Origin: Octopus vulgaris
Lineage: Eukaryota
Assembly: GCA_951406725.2 (NCBI GenBank)
Contig: OX597820.1
Span: 96,472,001 to 96,536,000, forward strand
DNA length: 64,000 nucleotides
Direction of reading: 5' to 3'
The position numbers and the translations under genes are program-made. Positions 58,682 through 64,000 of this stretch are shown here, piece after piece. Each line of letters starts with the position of its first letter. Position 1 is the stretch's first letter. The notes beneath the pieces are model-generated. The model made no database searches. It was given only the letters and a program-made list of their open reading frames with translations, and had not been told where the DNA came from.

Positions 58682-59612
58682 TGTAAAACGAAAGGAGAAG
58701 TGACGAATGAATGACTCCTTTCACTGCACGGTCGCTTACAATAAAAGCAAAAATGGATAAATGAATACAAGCGCCAGAAGGAAATGGAAGACGACACAAC
58801 CGTAGAATGTTAAAGAGAAAGGTTTTATTTCGGTGTTGGCAGAGTGTGTGTGCGTAATAAGTATATATATAATAATAATAGACAGGCCGTCATGCATACA
58901 TAATGTGTATGTGTGTACAAACAAGTATGTATGCGTGTGAGAAAAAATATAGAGCATTGAAAGAATCTACAGTCTAGAAGTTCAGACACAATGAAGATAA
59001 ATACCAGTTCATAGTAAGGTGCACAATAGTTGAAGTTTTGTAACAAGATGTTGTGGATACAATGTAGAGCGGTTGAATCACATGTCGTGTAAGCGGTTGT
59101 GGCTACTATGCTGTGCCGGTTACTTGATACAGGAAGATTTCGCAGCTAGTACTTTCTGTTAACCACGATGAAGTAATTCACAAACAGTGAGTAGTTAAAC
59201 CGGAGCGAATGTTGCTGTGTACATAGAGATGTTGTTGGCCTTGATATGATGAAGGCGACGGAGGTGAAGGTCCGGAATACTGCTGCTGGTGTCTGTCGCT
59301 GGAACTCGCTGAGTGGTCAGTGGTCGGACTTCAGAAGGTCTCGAACCAAAGACGAAATACGATTTGTTGATCTAGCTTTTATAGAGACTAGGAGGCTCTA
59401 ACAGAGAATTTAGAAGACTGTGTCACGTGACCTTATCAGAAGGTTACACATTGGCGCGTAATACAGCAAGAGACAAATTGCGCCAATACCAACCAATCAG
59501 AGTAGTGAACACAACAGGGTCCAAATGGCCGAAGGCTAGCTGTTATCTGCTACGTCCATATTTATGTTATATATAACAGAGAGAGAGAGAATTTCACTAA
59601 GGGTACGCTACA
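58682..59612 (-). mobile_element. Probable solo LTR (931 bp)
   Basis: TGTA...TACA termini and 4-bp TSD CAGT; on the minus strand CCAAT (~59452), TATAAAA (~59383) and AATAAA (~58829) occur in LTR order. Confidence 0.6.
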
Positions 59613-60424
59613 CAGTGATTTGGGTAATCGGAACCGGTATTAATCAGGACCTTGATTTGCTCTGAACTAATGCTCGTGATATATATCTCATCAAATAATG
59701 TAAAATTCTTTAAAAGACGTAAAAACAATTTTTTTTTCATGAAACTGAATTGGAACAGTACTAAACATTGCCACGGACCATATGTTTGATACCCTTATTT
59801 AGTATTGTTGCCAATGATACTGCACTGACAACTTAGTATGAACTGTAACCTAAATATTCATGGTTGAGAAAGACTTGTCTCAGCTGTCACTTATAACAAT
59901 AGCTATTCTGAGCATAATTATAGTACCAACTACTGTTAATAATAGTACTCCTAGTAGAGGTAGTGGTAGTTATTATAGCAGTGATAGTGGTGGTTGAGCT
60001 GGATACATCCATTGCATAAGGTTACTACTATCCTAAATATTCTGAACAGAAATTTGCATACAAATATATATATATACATATATGCTTGTACAAATAGATA
60101 TATGGCTATAGATATATATACATGTGTGTGTGTGTATGGTAGACTCTCCCGTCGAAGGTGACGTATGAGCGTTCAGCTTTCGCCGAATGACCTACATAAA
60201 TGATTTGTTTATTGTGACCAAATATTCGTGCGCTCATTAGTTCGCTCTGTCCAATCAAATCGACGTTGTCTGAACAGGTGCACGGTGTGACACACGTCAG
60301 GTGTCAAAGAGATCACGGAGCAACGTAAAATGAAGTGTTTTGCTCAAGAATATGACATGCCACCCGGTCTAAGAACTGAAATCTCAATCTCGCGAACGCG
60401 AGTTCAACACCCTAACCACTAAGC

Positions 60425-60461
<37 letters not shown>

Positions 60462-60503
60462 GTATGTATGTATATGTATATATATATATGGGTGTGTGTA
60501 TGA

Positions 60504-60535
<32 letters not shown>

Positions 60536-61079
60536 GTGGAAATACATACATACATACATACATACATATGTATGTATATTGTGCAAAAAAAGGGTTGTTT
60601 TTTTTTTTAAGAAGGGAAATTAGTTAAGAAAAAACAAATAGAGTGTATTAGGTTTACAGTAATGTAAAAATAGAAGGAAAAGTCTCAACTCAGCTGAGTT
60701 GAGATTCTGAAATGAGTTACAACGTCACTGTTGCCAAGTTGTATGGCCATTTGCCTTTCCCTTGGATAACATCGGTGGCGTGGAGAGGGGTGGTAGACGA
60801 CTGTTAGTCTTCTATAAACAACCTTGGCCGGACTTGTACCTCGGAGGGTAACTTTCTAGGTGCAATCCCATGGTCATTCATGACCGAAGGGGTCTTTACC
60901 CTTTTTACACACGCACATGTATGTACGTTTGTATGTATGTATGTTCGTATATTTGTACGTATGTATGTATGTTTGTACGTATATATGATTTTTCTTTAAA
61001 TTTAAGTTCTTAAGACAGTTCAAGCTGGTCGCTAACAGAGCAAGAAGACTTTAGTATAGACCTCCTTGACTCAAGTTAG

Positions 61080-61186
61080 AGAAGGGGTGCGTATTATACA
61101 CAATGTTTAGGTTTTGCAGAGGTACAGCCCCCTAAAAATCCCCTGCGTATTATACTAAAGGGCGGACTATACGCGACAATTTACGG
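61080..61186. mobile_element. Terminal fragment of a Tc2/pogo-type DNA transposon
   Basis: Ends TTTACGG|TA, with subterminal GCGTATTATAC repeats. Confidence 0.5.
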
Positions 61187-61334
61187 TATATATAATAAAG
61201 AAGAGAGGGGAAATTCACTCGAGTGTACGCTACATATGTATTCCAATGCATATAGTTGCTTGTCTAAACATGCTCATATATACTTAAATGATAAACTTCT
61301 GGAAAGTTGTATGTATGTATTATGTATTTGAGAA

Positions 61335-61765
61335 ATCTCGAGTTGCGCATGAGAAAGTAAGGAGGGATATCAGGAAGGGCATCGCTGTTACGCTTCCAGA
61401 TGGGAAGAGTCTTCCTATGTTGCTGACATGCTGTGTCTGTGCAAGGCCCTGCCTCAGTAAAGAGTCATCTTCGTAGTCATAAAGCGAAACAGATGAGTGA
61501 CAACTTGGCCACTGGTGGTGGTGTAACACACCATACTAATCATTTCTGTCAGGCATGTGGAAGAGAGTGTAATTCAGCAGGAGGACTTAAACGACATGTA
61601 AAGGTACATGAAGCCCAGTTACAACTACAGCCGGCTATTGCCATTTCTGTACAAGACATTGTAGATCTTTAGCTGGGCTAAAAAGTCACATTCGATCACA
61701 GCATCAATACCAGTTAAGCTTCGTGCAATGGCCATACTCGATAACGAGGGGGCAGCCATCATGTA
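61335..61765 (+). mobile_element. RTE-type LINE 3' end with three C2H2 zinc fingers (frameshifted)
   Basis: CVCARPCLSK..SHLRSH, CQACGRECNSAGGLKRHVKVH, CHFCTRHCRSLAGLKSHIRSQH, then a short CTCG-ataa-CGAG stem-loop tail. Confidence 0.7.
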
Positions 61766-62223
61766 TTATGTAAGTATACACACGTATTGCTTTACAAAAA
61801 GACATTACAAAAAGACTCAAAAGCTGATTGCTTTCTCCAGATTACGTTTTCTTCAAATCGCTTTAAAATTACTCTAGGCAATCAACAAAGTCATTCTAAA
61901 TTACGAAACAAAACGACAAACGAGTTGGCAAAATGATAAAACGAAAGATGACCTTATTAAATTCCTTATATTGTTTAGTGTTGTAAAGTGAGTGAATTTC
62001 AGCCTTCTGAACTGGAGAAAATAAATTATTAGAGACATTTGCAAAGTTAATTTCCCTTCCATAGTTGAGCGATTAAGTTCCCTTCAAAGTCACCAGGTTC
62101 TGAGTTTGATCCAGCTGCACGGATATCTTGGACAAGTGCCTTCTACATAGGTTTGAGTTTATGGTCTACTCAAATACGCATACTCTCCCTTTTTCTGACT
62201 CTGTCTGTCTCTCTCCCTCCCCC

Positions 62224-62259
<36 letters not shown>

Positions 62260-62362
62260 ATTTGTACTTTACATACGCACATAAATTTGTAATCTACAAA
62301 AGTATTGAGTAACCCATCAGATTAATGTAAAATTGTTTTTATTATAATTGAACATAAACACG

Positions 62363-62397
<35 letters not shown>

Positions 62398-62859
62398 CTC
62401 TTTTCTATTTCTCTCTTTTACTTGTTTCAGTCATTTGACTGTGGCTATGCTGGAGCACCGCCTTTAGTCGAGCAAATCGATCCCAGGACTTATTCTTTGT
62501 AAGCCTAGAACTTATTCTATCGGTCTCTCTTGCCGAACCGCTAAGTTACAGAGACTTAAACACACCAACATCGGTTGTCAAGCGATGTTGGTGGGACAAA
62601 CACAGACACACAAACATATACACACACTTACATATATATATATATACATATATACGACCGGCTTCTTTGAGTTCCTGTCTACCAAATCCACTCACAAGGT
62701 TTTGGTCGGCCCGAGGCTATAATAGAAGACACTTGCCCAAGGTGCTACGCAGTGGGACTGAACCCGGAACCATGTGGTTTGTAAGCAAGCTACTTACCAC
62801 ACAGCCACTCCTACGCCTACATATATATATTTATTTATCTGTTTATTTATTCCTATATA

Positions 62860-63250
62860 TCTGCAGCTGATTTATGGTTTGGGCGATAAGTATGAATGTC
62901 ATCTTCAAATCGGAGGCGTATTAGTAACACGCCGTTGATGTCCATGTACTTGTCCAGTCAATGTCTTTGGAGATCATTTCTAGACATGCAGTGAAGTGCA
63001 TTGAAGAGATGGTATTTCCTTGTTTGACACCCTTCCCAATTGAAACTATTGCGTTTCCAGAGATTTCAGCACTATATTCATCTCGACACTATCGATCGCC
63101 TTATCGTAGACGACGAAAGCTATTCAGAGTCTGCTTGCTATCCTGTCGCTCGTTCTATAAGTTGTGTTAGAGTGACTATGTATTCCATCATACTGTAGTT
63201 TTTATGGAAACCTGCTTACTCCTTCGATTGAATGTTTCGATACTCTAGAA
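62860..63250 (-). mobile_element. Decayed non-LTR RT fragment (RTE-like)
   Basis: GVKQGNTIS...FTACLE and LRFEDDI (degenerate FADD). Confidence 0.7.
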
Positions 63251-63940
63251 CAGTAATTACCAGCATGGGGCATACGCCCCACAGATGCGGCATGGGAAAA
63301 TAGTAGTGGATCGTGAGACACGAAATGTTTTTTCTGTTAGTGGGACATGGAATTGTGAAAATTATTTATCCACAACAAATATACTACACCTATATTCAGC
63401 CTAGTCAAACCAATCATTCCAGCCAAATACACTGTGTAAACACTACTACAGTATAGCGCTATTCTAATGCCCTAGTATGGACATACCATTTAGCAAAGCA
63501 TGTAATTATGAGAAGTCTATAAATTATTAATCTTTTAAAGTACTTTATACAAATATCTTGTTCAAAATGAAAGGTGCCAAGACGTGACTATGTACAGCAA
63601 AGGAACTTTTGATTCATTTCCCCATATCTTATTTGGTTGAGTGTAGCTTTAGTACTGTTGGCGATTTGCTTCAAGCCAAGAGAAGCAGACTTGAAATTAC
63701 AAAACGCGATGATTTACAGCTGAAGCAAAAAAAAAAAAAAAATTGTGATCATTGAATCATGGAAATCTGCTGTAGTTGCCAGGCACAAAGTTCTAATAAA
63801 AGTGATTCACTTTGTTTCCTTTGTCAATAACATACTTTTTGTACTCAGCATTTAATAGTAAAATGTTACCAGTAGATACTTTTGTATTAATTAATTGGAA
63901 TAAAATATTTAAAATGTTGTTTTTTCCCAACTACCGATAT

Positions 63941-63971
<31 letters not shown>

Positions 63972-64000
63972 CAATTAAGCTGGTTCTTATTTTTCGACAC

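Overview
AT-rich, repeat-dense eukaryotic DNA. The SINE/RTE families and gene sequences point to a coleoid cephalopod, probably Octopus (inference). Two spliced genes were rebuilt by hand and lie head-to-head with only 200 nt between their start codons. Nucleoporin Nup54 is on the minus strand (11 exons, 37370->7390, 522 aa). An H-type ferritin is on the plus strand (4 exons, 37571->56113, 174 aa, ferroxidase residues intact, no canonical 5' IRE). The rest is mobile DNA: a young 5'-truncated RTE LINE with a PHD-type finger and about 20 copies of its hairpin-array 3' tail, several tRNA-derived SINE families, mariner, hAT, piggyBac-like and Merlin-like elements, a Helitron, a Gypsy RT fragment and a solo LTR. 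The best leads are two hammerhead-ribozyme-like motifs sense to the Nup54 pre-mRNA, a MITE-interrupted SPAG1-like fossil exon in ferritin intron 1, the compact bidirectional Nup54/ferritin promoter with a structured ferritin 3'UTR, and the tandem hairpin/pseudoknot array in the RTE 3'UTR. Most short ORFs in the supplied track are repeat or microsatellite noise. No database search or folding program was run; family assignments come from motif recognition, and repeat boundaries without TSDs are approximate.
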